DNA from: Veleropilina oligotropha
Lineage: Eukaryota
Assembly (NCBI GenBank): GCA_048128005.1
Contig: JBEUKZ010000054.1
Span: 124,001 to 188,000 of the forward strand
Direction: 5' to 3'
DNA: 64,000 nucleotides
The stretch's first letter is position 1. Each line of letters starts with the position of its first letter. Below, one piece after another: positions 1 to 14,596 of the stretch. The translations under genes and the position numbers were made by a program. Below the pieces are notes generated by a model. It did no database searches. It was given only the letters and a program-made list of their open reading frames with translations, and was not told the DNA's origin.

Positions 1-760
1 ATCGGTGCTATGGGTGCACCACAAATCGCCCTTCCCTATGGAATGTCCCTCTAGAACGGATTATAGTCCAGGCAAACTATACTTTGACTTGGAACAAATT
101 GCAACATAATTTATTTCGCCATAATACAATGCTCTAGGTTCCCAAAAACATCATACTAAAAGTCCTAAGAAATCCATGTTGCGGAAATATGTCTAATTTG
201 CATAATCCAAGATGGCCGCCCAAAATAATATAATATCACATATTTTTGCTCTCTGAAGACATAATAGAATGATTTATGATTTTAAATAAGGTTTTTGGAC
301 ACAAGCTTCACATGGAATACAATATACATTGATACGATGAAAAAATTATTTCCATATAATCCAATATTCAAATAGTATATATATATGTATACCCAATATT
401 TGGTTGCCAAAAACATAAATGTACTGTCACTTATTCATATACACTACAGTAACAGCTTACTGATTAACTTTTGATTATTCTTTTATTTATTGAAAATGAT
501 GAGTAAAGTATCCTGGTTCACTTCTGCGTCAGTAACGTTCCTTCCCATGATATATCTTGATTCCAGTGATGTGTCTTGCATCTATTCTACAATGAAGTTT
601 GTATCAAATCAAGCTCAGCTGTATGAAGTGATCCCTTCCTCATATTCGACCAACCTTTGTATTGGAAAGCATTGAACATTATACGATCTCAACCAAACGA
701 CGGTGATCTCCGGCGAATAGTTATCAGGCTCGGGGGCTTTAACATAGCATCGGGCACCTA

Positions 761-3700
761 ATGACAGGCTCCGGACTGCAAGAGCTACTTGAAGTTGTGT
801 ACACTAGCAACACAGTCGGCCACATGATGACAGGCGAGACTGTTTCTCGAGCAGTGCATGGCCATATGCTTGTAGATGCTGCTCTGAATACCATTCTGGT
901 GGCCGACACATACAATGTGCCAGTACCAACCAAAGACACAGTACACGAACTAGATGAGATAGATATTGCTGATATTGAGACAGGCTATGTCTGGACGCAA
1001 GGTACCACCACGACTGACTTGACAACAGCAATAGAGCTTTATGAAAGAGCTATGTCGTCTTCGTTATCAGTGACAGAAGTGTGCTCAGCAGAAGTGTTGG
1101 AAAGAATCCAAAGTAAACTAGATGAGAAGAAGGAAAAAATGACTATGCGGACAGCAAGGCTCTGGCTGCATTATCTTAACATGGTGGACATCCTAAGAAA
1201 GTTTATCATAGCTGAGAGAATAGGCAACTGGAGATTACACCTGCAATCTGTATACGATATGCTATCATACTTTGCAGCGTCTGGACACCGACAATATGCA
1301 AACTCTCCATATGTGTATCTACAAATGATGACAGCTCTACCCGAAACGCACCCGGATGTTTATAATAAATTCAAAGACGGTTACCACGTGGTGAGGCGAA
1401 GTCAGAGGTATTAGGCAGGCCTTTTCGCCGATCTCATTATTGAGCAGGTTCTGATGCGAAGTGTGAAGACGCACGGGGGTCTAACACGAGGAAAAGGAAT
1501 GACAGAGACTCAGCGCTTACTATGGGTCCTCTCCATGCCAGCATGTGCAAACATAAATGATGCCATGCAGAAGTTCAGCGGTGTCTTATATGAAACCAGC
1601 GACCAACACAAAGACACATCAAAGGCTCGACAGAACAGAGATGTCAGTGACACTCTCGACCTTATCAGCTATCTCAAGGAGAGAGACCCATTCATGAGAA
1701 TGCTTTCCTTGTCAACATATCAAATGGCATGACAGCACAGGAAGGAGTCAATGTTGAGCGATCAAGAGAGATTGGGAACAAGATTTTTGAGTCCATGGTT
1801 GGTAAATCAACGGAAGAGTTCACTTTTCGAAAAGCTGACGAAGCCAAGACATTAGCCTCCAGATCAACTGTCAAGATCAAAGGGGAGCTTGTAAATATGG
1901 ATCCACATTTGATATCCCAACGACTGGTAACTGTGGGCGATCGTTGTGAAGATATATCATCATTGTTCAAGTATGAACTCTGTAGTCATCCCCCTGCATT
2001 GTTTGAATCGTCATCTCTTCCCCTGCATGCACACAAGGCAGTACTTGCTGACGCCCTCTGGAAGTCCACGAATGGGGAGCAACAAGAACCCAGTGGAAAT
2101 GTTCAGTACGTCCTTGATGGTGGTGCACTACTCCATCGCTTATCATGGCCAAGAGATTCCACATATAACTGCGTGTTGGATATGGACGTTTAATATGTGA
2201 CTAATATATATGTTGCTCCTCTCATTGTTTCCATGGCTACGCAGATGAATCCACAATTAAAGACGCCGCTCACCCGAGAAGAACGGGGGTTTGCCCTAGT
2301 GTGACAGTTCAGTTCACCAATGACATAATTATCCAAATTTACGAAGGAGATTTTCTTGAACAATAAAATAAACAAGCAGTGAAAACCTAGAGGTGGCTGA
2401 CTGTAACACATACCATGCAAAGCATGATGCTGATCTGCTCATTGTTCAAACAGCTGTTTCCTCTGCCAGAACGAAAGACACGGTTCTGGTTGGTGATGAT
2501 ACAGACTTGTTGATCCTTCTACTGCATCATGCTGACATAAAAGCACACGAACTCATCTTGGCCCCATGCAAGCATAAAAAATGAAAAGGGTATGGTGCAT
2601 AAAGCATCAAAGAAGTTACTTGGCCCCGAGATTTGCGACCATCTACTCTTTGTCCATGCCATTCCATGCTGCGATACCACCAGCCGCCTTAAATAGACTT
2701 AAATAGAATTTGTTTGGGTTTAGAAAGTGCATTTCTGCAACTCATATAAAAACCCATTTTGGTAGCTCGGTCATCTATAGCCTTCCCTGTCTCTTAAAGT
2801 GCTCATCCAAACGATTTTTAAATTGATTTACTGATGTGGACTCCACCACCTTGACAGGAAGGGCATTCCACTCATCTACAACTCGGTTTGAGAAAAAGTA
2901 TTTTCTAACATCTAGCCTGACCCTCTTTTTGTAAATCTGGAACTTATGCCCCCTTGTTTTATTATGGTTCAACTGGAAAAAATAACTAATATCAAGATTG
3001 TCTTTTCCTGTAAACATTTTAAATACTTGAATCATGTCACCTCTTATCCTACGCAACGTTAATGTTGTAAGATCAAGGCTTCTGAGCCTATCCTCATATG
3101 TCAACTCTCTGATTTCACCTACCAATTTTGTGGCTCTCCTTTGTACTTGTTCCAATAGTTGGATATCCTTTGATATTGGATATCCTTTGATATTCCATGC
3201 TTGCACCGCATATTCTAAATGTGGTCTAACCAGTTGCTTGTATAAACGTGTTATGATGCCTTTTGACTTAAAAGTAAAATTACGCTTTATCATTCCTAAT
3301 ATTTGGTTTCCCTTTTTAGCTGCTTCGATACATTGATTTGATGGTTTCAGTGAATTATCAATCCATACACCCAAATCTTTCTCTTTTGTCACTACTTCTA
3401 GGTCATCTCCTCCCATTTTATAACAATATTTTTTGTTTTTGTGACCCACATGCATTACCTTACATTTGGTTGTATTGAAAAGCATTTGCCAGTCATCGGA
3501 CCACTTAACCAGATTATTTAGATCGGTCTGAAGTTTCCTTGCATCTTGTTCAGTTTCTATTATTCTGTAAAGTTTAGTGTCGTCAGCAAACTTTTTCACT
3601 AGAGATGTAATAGCGCCATCAATGTCATTCAAGTAGATTAGAAATAGCAATGGACCCAAGACCGAGCCTTGAGGGACTCCACTTAATACACTCTCCCATT

Positions 3701-4410
3701 TTGACTTAACCCCATTTACAACAACTCTCTGTTTTCTATTCTGTAACCACATTTCTATCCACGTCAATATTGGTCCTTTAATACCATGATTACTCAGTTT
3801 TTGTATTAGTCGTTTATGTGGAACCTTATCAAATGCTTTTTGAAAATCAAGATATATAATATCAACCGGCTTGCCTGTTTGGATTGGGTACGAGGTTGGC
3901 AGTATAGAAAGTGAAGAACGATGCACTGTTCTACGAGCAAGCTCAGGTGTTCTGTCAATCACATATTACCAGGAAGGACATCATTGCAGCAGGAGAAAAA
4001 GCCTTAGTGTCATTGTATGGTGGTGCCAAAGAGCAAAGACTGGATAGTTTAAGATACAGACGGTTTGTTGACAAGGTATCTAAGAGCACATCATCTGTGG
4101 AACCACAAACACTTCCGCCAACATCTGCGGCAGCAAGGTACCATTGCTCCCATGTGTACTATCAGATAATAGAGTGGAAAGGCACAAGTCTCAACATGAA
4201 GCCACAAGATTGGGGATGGCACATTGTTGACGGACGATGTAGGCCAATACAGACCGATCAGACTGCAGCACCATCAGAACTACAGGATGTCCTTTGTTGT
4301 ATTTGTTAATATGGCATCCTCTGTAATGCTGTGTGCAAGGAATGTCGTGGTGCAAGTTGTACACACTCACAGATGCCAGATTTATCCGACGACTATGACC
4401 TAGACGTTTG
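761..4410 (+). pseudogene. Academ transposase / XPG-like nuclease / Cys-rich zinc finger, fragmented
   Basis: ORF pieces 761-1414, 1454-1732, 1729-2193, 2393-2584, 3911-4309. Motifs: AERIGNWRLHL, FAASGH, EQVLMRSVKTHGGL, VLDGGALLH, DADLLI, GDDTDLL, CDTTS|RLFGLG across the LINE insertion, LPPTSAA..H..VYYQ..W, WGW, and a terminal Cys cluster. Confidence 0.8.
2690..3872 (-). mobile_element. 5'-truncated CR1-clade LINE (RT and C-terminal part of ORF2), uninterrupted frame
   Basis: YLDFQKAFDKVPH, SGVPQGSVLGPLLF, FADDTK, KDLGV, LVRPHLEYAVQAW, RRIRGDMIQVFK, FFSNRVVDEWNALP. Short tandem tail at 2690-2708; GCCT at both junctions (2686-2689, 3873-3876). Confidence 0.92.
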
Positions 4411-5164
4411 AGCAGGATATCAAGCCTATGACGTTCTAGGTAAAACAGGTAATGGGCACCACTTCATTGTCGTTGTATCATTTAAAACTGTTGTAGATTA
4501 GAAAGATATTATGCTCATATGGTTACAAGTGTGCCTATCTGATACTCAGTCACTCTTCATGCTCTTTTATAATGTTAAAAATTCCATTGCATATTTTTAG
4601 CGACTAAAATATGCTTTTGAAATCAAATATATGAAAATATGAAAATATTTGGTGACCATACTTCATTTATAGGAACACATATTCATTCAATCAATGTGAA
4701 ACGCATTCCATGTGAATCATAATGTCTAAAAAACCCAATATAGAACTTAAATAACTGAAGTATGACGTATGAAAGCAAATATATGGAAAATTATCGATAT
4801 TTGGCAGCCATCTTGGATTTATGCAAATTAGACATATTTCCGCAATAAGAATTTCTTAGGACTTTTAGTATGGTGTTATTTAGACCTCACAGAAATGCAT
4901 TATGGCAAAATAAATTCTGTTGCAATTTGTTCCAACTTGAGCACTAAAATGGGATAGATTGCCTGGACTATTAGTTTCCTCCCAACTCCATGAAGCCTAT
5001 ATCTATTCATGCTGATATATTTTTTGCCATTCCTTAGACGTGTGCTCTCGAATAAAAACTCTGACATTCCATTTAGGCTTGATATCTCTGACAATTTTAC
5101 TTAAATTATTAACTGTATATTCTTATTTTGTGAATGTATGTCGCCTTTTATCAGTTTTATCTGT

Positions 5165-5955
5165 TATTATCCCCCGCCCGAAGGGTAGCGGGGGATATTG
5201 TTGTAGCCATCTCCGTCCGGCGTCCGTCCGTACGTCCGTAAACAATTTGGTTAAAGTTTCGATTGGCCCATGATACTTTTTGGCATATATATGCTTTTGT
5301 AGGCCTTATATGGATGACACCTGGTACTCTGGAAGTGAGATTGAATAAAATTTAATATAATTATTGCATATTGCAATATTGTTTTTAAACATAAAAAATT
5401 TGGTTAAAGTTTCTGGTTAAAGTTTTTCATTGAGTGTATATGGGTTGGACAACATTTTGGTGTATATATGCTTTGGTATTGATAATATGAATGTCAACTG
5501 ATACTATGGAAGTGATGCTGAATTAAATTTAATATAATTATTGCATAAAAATAGGTGTTTGTGGAAATTTTGGTTAAAGTTTTGTTGAAATTTTCAATGG
5601 GCATATGGGTTGTTCTAGGCACTGTTTTACATCCATATACTGTAGTGTTGACTATATTGATGCTCCTCCCTCATCTGCAAGTGATCTATAATATAAACAA
5701 CGTGAAACTAGTGATTGTGGACATATAAATGTTTGTTAAAGTTGAGTGAATTTCCGTTCTGTTCCATTATTGCATACATATTCTTTGGTGATGCTTATAT
5801 TGATACCACCTTTTACTCTAGCAATGATATTGAATATTATTTTGTATAAATATTGAAGAAACTTGATGTGTTGGGACATGTGTTTGGTTAAAGTTTATAT
5901 CAGAGTGAATGCGGAAGGCGGGGGATGAAGACATTTTCTAACGGGCTCTTGTTTG
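5165..5955 (+). mobile_element. Helentron-associated (DINE-1/HINE-like) non-autonomous element
   Basis: Starts TTATTATCCCCCGC with an adjacent inverted copy, then a (CCGT)n microsatellite, internal degenerate tandem repeats (TTTGGTTAAAGTTT) and a 3' partner GCGGGGGAT at ~5918. Confidence 0.55.
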
Positions 5956-7269
5956 AATGAATGTATATGTTGTTTCAGTTTTACCTTGCCATGTATATAT
6001 ATTGTTGTTATTATACTTGTTCTTAGCACTCGACCCTCGTGCAAATAGACCATATGTCCTAACGAGGCTATCGAGTTTAAAAATACATTTTATTATTATT
6101 ATTATTATAACAAAAGTGTGATCGAACCTCAGTTGGGAAAATGCCATTCTGTGATCAGTTACCATTCACAAGTTTCCATAACTGGTAGGTGAGGGTAGGT
6201 TTTTCGGACAGCCCAGCTTTCCTCCCACAATAATATTAATATGTCCTGGTTGGAACCTGAAGGCTGTAAATATACAAGGCGGTAAACAACAATCTTGTCC
6301 AATCCCCTAGTCTGGCAGATTCGAATCCCATCGACATGGTGACATGGGGACCTCAGGTGGATTCGTGAGAATGAAGGCTATTGTTGCTGTGACGAATAAT
6401 CGCAAATTGTGTTGATGTTGTATGTAATGCACGTCGAGCGACAGGACTCCATAAGACTCGACAATGTCCTTATAAGATGCAAACATCGACACACAGAAGC
6501 GGGTTCAAATCCTCGGATGATAGCTTTGTGCAGGTACCAGTCACAGTTGTCTATAATCTACCGGTTCTGGTGGAATTTTCCGGGACATGGATACGGTCTT
6601 TGCTCTTAAAATGGTAGTTTGGTTCGACTCATAACTCGTTCTTCATGATAATAGATTTAACCCGTGCTGCCCACGGTGAAATATTTGCTCGCCCCTGGAC
6701 CCAGTGAACCCAGTATGGACACTCCCCCTGGTTCTGTATGAATGAGACAAAAAATGTAAAATTTAAAGTTCTTGATTTTTCCTTTCGGCGCTCGTCAATT
6801 TGACACCAAGATGGCAAAGATGTGCCTCTCGGTGATGGATAAAACCCGGCTTAAAGAAACACCAACTGCGTATTTATATATAAGATTGAAATGCTTGCTT
6901 TAATAACATTGTCTTACCTTATATCGATACCGTTTCATGCACCCCTTTGCGTTGTAATTAATTGTCAGAGAACGACATAAAGACATATACGACGTATTTA
7001 ATAAAACATTAGAATAGTGCATTTATCCGGCATTACATAAGTATGTTCAGGTTCTTTACGTAATATCTTCATCAAGTGCGTAACGGTCCTTGGCTCCATT
7101 GCACATGTCAGCGATGTGTGCCGACCTTGACGTCAGTTCAACGAAGGTCAACTGTGTCCGGTGTTTGTGATGGGTTAACATGAGCATCTCCAACTACAAT
7201 GAAACACTGACCGAATTTAAATATTTTCAATTGAAATTAGCGCAAGGAACGTTTATTAGTAGGAATGTT

Positions 7270-10200
7270 TCTTATAGGTTAATATATGTCACATGGGCAT
7301 GTTCCTATTGGTTGATATACGCCTCATAGGTATGTTCCTATTGATTGAAATATGCCACAGGAGTATGTCCTATTGGTTGATATATGCTACAGGGGTATGT
7401 TCCTATTGATTGATATATGCCACAGGGGTATGTTCCTATTGGTTGATATATGCCACATAGGTATGTTCCTATTGGTTGATATATGCCCCATGGGTATGTT
7501 CCTATTGATTGATATATGCCAAAGGGGTATGTTCTAATTGGTTGATATATGCTACAGGGGTATGTTCCTATTGATTGATATATGCCACAGGGGTATGTTC
7601 CAAATGGTTGATATATTCCCCATGGGTATGTTCCTATTGATTGATATATGCCACAGGGATATGTTCCTATTGGTTGATACTAGTATATGCTACAGGGGTA
7701 TGTTCCTATTGATTGATATATGCCACAGGGGTATGTTCCTATTGGTTGATATATGCCACAGGGGTATGTTCCTATTGGTTGATATATGCTACAGGGGTAT
7801 GTTCCTATTGATTGATATATGCCACAGGGGTATGTTCTTTTGGTTGATATGTGCCACAGGGGTATGTTCCTTTTTTGTTTGATATATGTCAAATGGGTAT
7901 GTTCCTATTGATTGATATATGCCACAGGGGTATGTTCCTATTGATTGATATATGCCACAGGGGTATGTTCCTATTGGTTGATATATGCCACGGGGTATGT
8001 TCCAATTGGTTGATATATGCCACAGGGGTATGTTCCTATTAGTTGATATATGCCCATGGTATGTTCCTAATGATTGATATATGCTACAGGGGTATGTTCC
8101 GATTGATTGATATATGCTACAGGGGTATGTTTCTATTGATTGATATATGCCACATGCGTATGTTCCTATTGGTTGATATATGCCATAGGAGTATGTTCCT
8201 ATTGGTTGATATATTCTACATGGGTATGTTCCTATTGATTGATATATGCTACATGGGTATGTTCCTATTGGTTGATATATGCCACATGGGCATGTTCCTA
8301 TTGGTTGATATATGCCACATGGGTATGTTCCTATTGGTTGATATATGTCACATGGGTATGATCCTATTGGTTGATATATACCCCATGGGTATGTTCCTAT
8401 TGGTTGATATATGCCACATGGGTATGTTCCTATTGGTTGGTATATGCCACGGGGGTATGTTCCTATTTGTTGATATATGCCACATAGGTACGTTCCTATT
8501 GGGCGATATATGCCACGGGGGTACGTTCCTATTGGTTGATATATGCCACGGGAGTATGTTCCTATTGGTTGATATATGCCACATGGGTATGTTCCTATTG
8601 GTTGATATATGCCACGGGGGTATGTTCCTATTGGTTGATATATGCCACAGGGGTATGTTCATAATGGATGATATATGCCACAGGGGTATGTTCCTATTGA
8701 TTGATATATGCCACAGTGGTATGTTCCTATTGGTTGATATATGCCGCAGGGGTATGTTCCTATTGGTTGATATATGCCCCATGGGTATGTTCCTATTGAT
8801 TGATATATGCCACATGAGTATGTTCCTATTGATTGATAAATGCCACAGGGGTATGTTCCTATTGGTTGATATATGCCACGGGGGTATGTACCTATTGATT
8901 GATATATGCCACGGGAGTATGTTCCTATTGGTTGATATATGCCACGGGGGTATGTTCCTATTGGTTGATATATGTCACCGGGGTATGTTCCTATTGGTTG
9001 ATATATGCCCCGGGGGTATGTTCCTATTGGTTGATATATGCCCCGGGGGTATGTTCCTATTGGTTGATATATGTCACAGGGGTATGTTCCTATTGATTGA
9101 TATATGTCACATGGGTATGTTCCTATTGGTTGATATATGCCACAGGGGTATGTTCCAAATGGTTGATATATTCCCCATGGGTATGTTCCTATTGATTGAT
9201 ATATGCTACTGGGGTATATTCCTATTGGTTGATATATGCCACATGGGTATGTTCCTATTGTTTGATATATGCCACAGGGGTATGTTCTTATTGATTGATA
9301 TATGCCACAGTGGTATGTTTCTATTGGTTGATATATGCCACATGGATATGTTCTTATTGCTTGATATATGCCACATGGGTATGTTCCTATTGATTAATAT
9401 ATGCCACAGGGGTACGTTCCTATTGGTTGCTATAGGCCACATGGGTATGTTTCTATTGGTTGATATATGCCACATGGGTATGTTCCTCTTGGCTGATATA
9501 TTCCCCATGGGTATGTTCCTATTGATTGATATATGCTACTGGGGTATATTCCTATTGGTTGATATATGCCACATGGGTATGTTCCTATTGTTTGATATAT
9601 GCCACAGGGGTATGTTCTTATTGATTGATATATGCCACAGTGGTATGTTTCTATTGGTTGATATATGCCACATGGGTATGTTCTTATTGCTTGATATATG
9701 CCACAGGGGTACGTTCCTACTGGTTGATATAGGCCACATGGGTATGTTCCTATTGGTTGATATATGCCACGGGGTATGTTCCTATTGGTTGATATATGCC
9801 ACATGGGTATGTTCTTTTTGATTGATATATGCCACGGGGTATGTTCCTATTGATTGATATAAGCCAAAGGGTTATGTTCCTATTGATTGATATATGCCAC
9901 GGGGGTATGTTCCTATTGATTGATATATGCCACAGGCGTATGTTCCTATTGATTGATATATGCCACGGGGGTATGTTCTTATTGGTTGATATACCACATT
10001 GGTATGTTCCTATTGATTGAAATATGCCACATGGGTATGTTCATATTGATTGATATATGCCACATGTGTATGTTCCTATTGCTTGATATATGCCCCATGG
10101 GTATGTTCCTATTGATTGATATATGCCACAGGGGTATGTTCCAATTGATTGATATATGCCACAGGGGTATGTTCCTATTGATTGATATATGCCACAGGGG

Positions 10201-11016
10201 TATGTTCCTATTGGTTGATATATGCCACAGGGGTATGTTCCTATTGGTTGATATATGCCACGGGGGTATGATCCTATTGGTTGATATATGCCACGGGGTA
10301 TGTTCCTATTGGTTGATATATGCCACAGGGGTATGTTCCTATTGGTTGATATATGCCACAGGGATATGTTCCTATTGGTTGATATATGCCCCGGGGGTAT
10401 GTTCCTATTGATTGATATATGCCACGGGGGTATGTTCCTATTGGTTGATATATGCCACATGGGGTATGTTCCTATTGATTGATATATGCCACGGGGGTAT
10501 GTTCCTATTGATTGATATATGCCACCGGCGTATGTGCCTATTGGTTGATATATGCCACGGGGGTATGTTCCTATTGGTTGATATATGCCACAGTGTATGT
10601 TCATATGGGTTGATATATGCCCCATGTGTATGATCCTATTGATTGATATATGCCACAGGGGTATGTTCCTATTGGTTGATATATTCTACAGAGGTATGTT
10701 CTTATTGGTTGATATATGCCACAGGGATATGTTCCTATTGGTTGATATATGCCACGGGGGTATGTTCCTATTGATTGATATATGCCACGGGGGTATGTTC
10801 CTATTGGTTGATATATGCCACGGGGGTATGTTCCTATTGGTTGATATATGCCACGGGTGTATGTTCCTATTGGTTGATATATGCCACATGGGTATGTTCC
10901 TATTGGTTGATATATGCCACGGGGTATGTTCCTATTGGTTGATATATGCCCCATGCATGGGTATGTTCGTATTGGTTGATATATGCCACGGGTGTATGTT
11001 CCTATTGGTTGATATA
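7270..11016. repeat. 33-bp satellite, ~110 copies
   Basis: Unit GGTATGTTCCTATTGGTTGATATATGCCACAGG repeated head-to-tail with point variants. Confidence 0.97.
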
Positions 11017-11336
11017 TTATACCTATGTGGAAAACAAATAAGTTCGGCATGAGTGAATACTGAACTCGATAACATAATTTAGCGAACTCACCGCAGTGTT
11101 AACGCAATTTGTTAGGACGAACAAATTTGTAAACAAAGAAAATATTTGCGGTAAGATACTGATAGTACTTTTAGACCTTCATGTTGAGGATGAGCGCGAT
11201 GTTAATTTACTGACTCTCATATTTATTTTTGTTACGTGCTTCTATTGAAGAGTATACTGAACTCTGTGGTCAAACAAACGATTAATTAACCCACTCGAAA
11301 CAACGTTCCGAAATCAAATTCTATACGATAATCAAA

Positions 11337-13745
11337 ATATCGGAAAAGGCAAAAGGCGCCAATAAAAAGAAATTTTATGCCGTAGCGAAAGGCAGATTAA
11401 CAGGGATTTTCTTAGAGTGGAATATGTGTGAAGGGAGCATTTGCAAATATCCATCAGCATCTCACCAGAGCTTTCCATCTATAAATGTGGCCGTTGAGTT
11501 CATAAACTTTGGTCAGAGCAAGCATGAAGACATCATCGTTCGCAGCGAAGACAAATCATCGTCGTTAATTGATTATTGTGAGACTCAAGGTCAACAAGTC
11601 CCCCCATACACAGTATTGTACTTAAAATGTGAACCTAGGGTGGACGATGCGCCCTCCTCTGACCTGCAAGTTTGTTCTGGTGACGTCATTCCATCACTGG
11701 TCACTGGACGATATTCAAATTACAGAAAGTTCAGTCATGTTGCAGAGTGTGCAACAGGAACGATGAAGACAATATGATCTTCTGCAACATATGCAAACGT
11801 TGGATACATTACCAATGCACGCAGCTACCGCCGCACCAACTATTCTTACTCTGTCACACAAGTAGAAAGTTCCAGTGCTCTTTCTGTACAACAGTTCCTA
11901 GTGATTTACTTGCAAAAGTGAACTTATCTGCCCAAAATGAACCACCAGTGCAGTTCTCCGACAACTACATGCAGACTGACAAGCTTGTCGGCGAGAGTGT
12001 TGGACCCCAACCAGGTGACGGTATTCATGCTAACAATCAAACCCAAACTATTATCGATGGACTGTCGGATGTTATTCATCAATTGGAGTGTGTGAGCGAC
12101 TTTCAAGCTGTAATCAGAGACTTGGAGAATAAACTTGCTGACCGGCTCATTACCTCTACTCGAGAAAACTCAAGGTTACAAACCGAGCTTAACTCAAAAG
12201 ACTTAACTGCGTCAAGGAAAGAATGCAATGAACTTCGTGCCCAGTTAAAGGCAAAGTGCCAATTAACTGCCTCACTGGAAACGAAGAACACGTCTCTGTT
12301 GAAGGATCTCGAAACACCCCGGAGTCGCGATCAGGGATCTTGCAAATCCTGTATCGACTTACAACTCAAAATAGACAAAAAAGATGTGGCATGCCAGTCA
12401 TTGCATGACCAGAATATACGACTAATAGAGGATGTGCGCTCTGTGAAAGGCGATAACAAGGTCCTGCTTGACAACATTATGTTAAATCCAGATAACTCAT
12501 GTGCTATAAAAGAAGAGTGCAATGTTACAAACCAAAACTCGACCAAACCTATCACTCTGTTAACGAGTTATACCTTGGACTGACAAGGGCTTCTGGCAGA
12601 ATTGATGCCTTCGTGATGAGGTCATTTATCTGAAACTCCAATCTCAAAACAGAAATCGACACCCCATTTACGATTCCGAAACATACCAAGCCACGACCAA
12701 CCCCCTCTAACAACACACTGACAAGTCCAGTGTTTCGGACATCAAATCGATTTAGCCTTCTCGAAATCGAAGAACCTACCTGCTTGACAACGGAAGCTAA
12801 AGACACGAGCGAAACAACGTTTATCACCCCAAAGAAACCAATCCATAAAGCGAACGATACCCTGCCTCGCACCTATAGGAAGGCTATGGTTTCCCCCATC
12901 CTCAAGGGAAATAGCCGCCAGCAAGACAGTGCGTCGGAAAGCCCACCCACTTACGCCAAAGTAGTGAAGGAAGTTACCGCGAATCATTCGATTAAACAAT
13001 CATCGTGCAGTGAAACATCCGACGATGATCGGGAATTCCCACACGAGGCGCATCGAAGCGAAGAAAATGTACAGGTACAAATCCTGCAAGGTTGTTTGCC
13101 TTGAGGACAAATCAATCACAGTATGTTAAGAACAGCAATATACAAGCTAAATGCGTTGTTCTTCAGGTGATGGGCAACTGTCTTGTCCACAAGTCAGTGG
13201 ATCTCTGCCTTAAGGAAATGCGAACTCTGCTAGCGTTGTGCTGAGAAAAGTTTAACAACCCCCAAATCTGCATTTCCTCTGCTTTACCCAGACGCCTGAA
13301 CTCTCACCAGAACACCCGGACCAACTCTAGTAGGATCGAAATGACAAACGCGTCTCTGAATAATCTTGATGTTGAGATGATATATCATCCCAACATCAAC
13401 GTGGGTGATCTAAATGTTTTTGTGTACGATGGTGTTCATCTGACGAAGTTTGGTGTGTCGCTGCTCATCCGAAGTTACAAATTAGTGATCAACCCTCTTC
13501 TCGGCCTATGTGATTACGGTGACTATGGTCAAACATCCAACTCGAGGACTTTATTCAATCGCAGTGACAGCCACGGCAAGGATGGGTCCATATTCGGCCA
13601 CGGGACTGATCCAAACTCAAACAGGGATTTCGACATGTTGCGCCATATGTCTCCACCTCGTGGCATTAACATGTCATCACGAGAAGATGATAGGACATTG
13701 TTCTCACTATTCATGAACCTCTTGCAACAAACAAGAGAACATTAG
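11337..13745 (+). pseudogene. LINE ORF1: Cauli_VI/RNase H1 hybrid-binding domain, PHD finger, coiled coil, SGNH-esterase-like domain
   Basis: KFYAVAKGRLTGIFLEWNMCEGSICKYPSASHQSF (from 11370); CNRNDEDNMIFCNICKRWIHYQC...CSFC; heptad-rich segment; SNRFSLL; DGVHLTKFG. Several frameshifts and stops. Confidence 0.78.
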
Positions 13746-14596
13746 TGTCAAGCAGTATTTGATAGCAACTTTGTTTATTGCTATTAAATTATGAGTCATA
13801 ACAGGATATAATATTATGTCTATCAATTATGTGTTATTATGTTGTTGTTGTTTTTTTTTTCTACAAGTATTCACTACTACTTGAGTGTAATACTGTATAC
13901 ATGATGCACCCTATAAATGGGCTAACTATAATTATACATGCATTTCATATATACATGTACTTCCATTTAATATTATATCACTTTATTATCATTATCTGCT
14001 CGTGCTTGAATATATTTGGTATGCAATATACTAATATTTTCCACTGATATGGGAACAATTCATATGTTCTTAATATGTTCATCCACAGTGTATATCTTGA
14101 TATATGTATGTACTATGGATGTGACAAACTGACTCGTGGGTGTTTACCTACTTTAAATGTGAACCGTCCTGTAGTCTCGAATGTCGACTCTGATTTCGCT
14201 GGCTTGATTGCGCTAACAGAAAAGAGTGTGTTCGAATTTCGGTTGGGGCAATATAATTATTTGTTCTGTTATCAATCACAGTTGTCCGTAACTGACCAGA
14301 CCATTAAGCATCGATCCATTCGAATCCTATTCATTATTTTAAATGCTACCTATAATTATCTTTACCTCCATTGATATTATTTTCATAAATATTACAATGT
14401 CCATTATCTGCTCAAGAATGCACAATACACTTAAAACATATTTAATATGCACTTATTTGACGTGATGAATCCACTAATAATCACACTTATTTCACAGATG
14501 GGTAAACAATTCATAGATATTATTGTATATAGATATAATTTCTTTTAATTTGCTCGTTTCTATCTCTGACCCTGTATTTGTATTCATTTAATATAT

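Larger units (their letters stand above)
64..4970 (+). mobile_element. AcademX-type DNA transposon, degraded, with a nested CR1 insertion
   Basis: Imperfect TIRs of ~170 bp (64-230 vs ~4798-4970). Termini TAGTCC...GGACTA; TTA on both flanks (61-63, 4971-4973) gives a 3-bp TSD. Internal broken ORF has Academ transposase and XPG-like motifs. Confidence 0.85.

Noticed and set aside
3873..3962. N-terminus of the 395-aa RT ORF
   Set aside because: Antisense Academ sequence beyond the 5' truncation point of the LINE.
8043..9821. 592-aa ORF and neighbouring repeat ORFs
   Set aside because: They arise from a 33-bp (11-codon) satellite with stop-free frames; indels switch frame freely and there is no unique domain.
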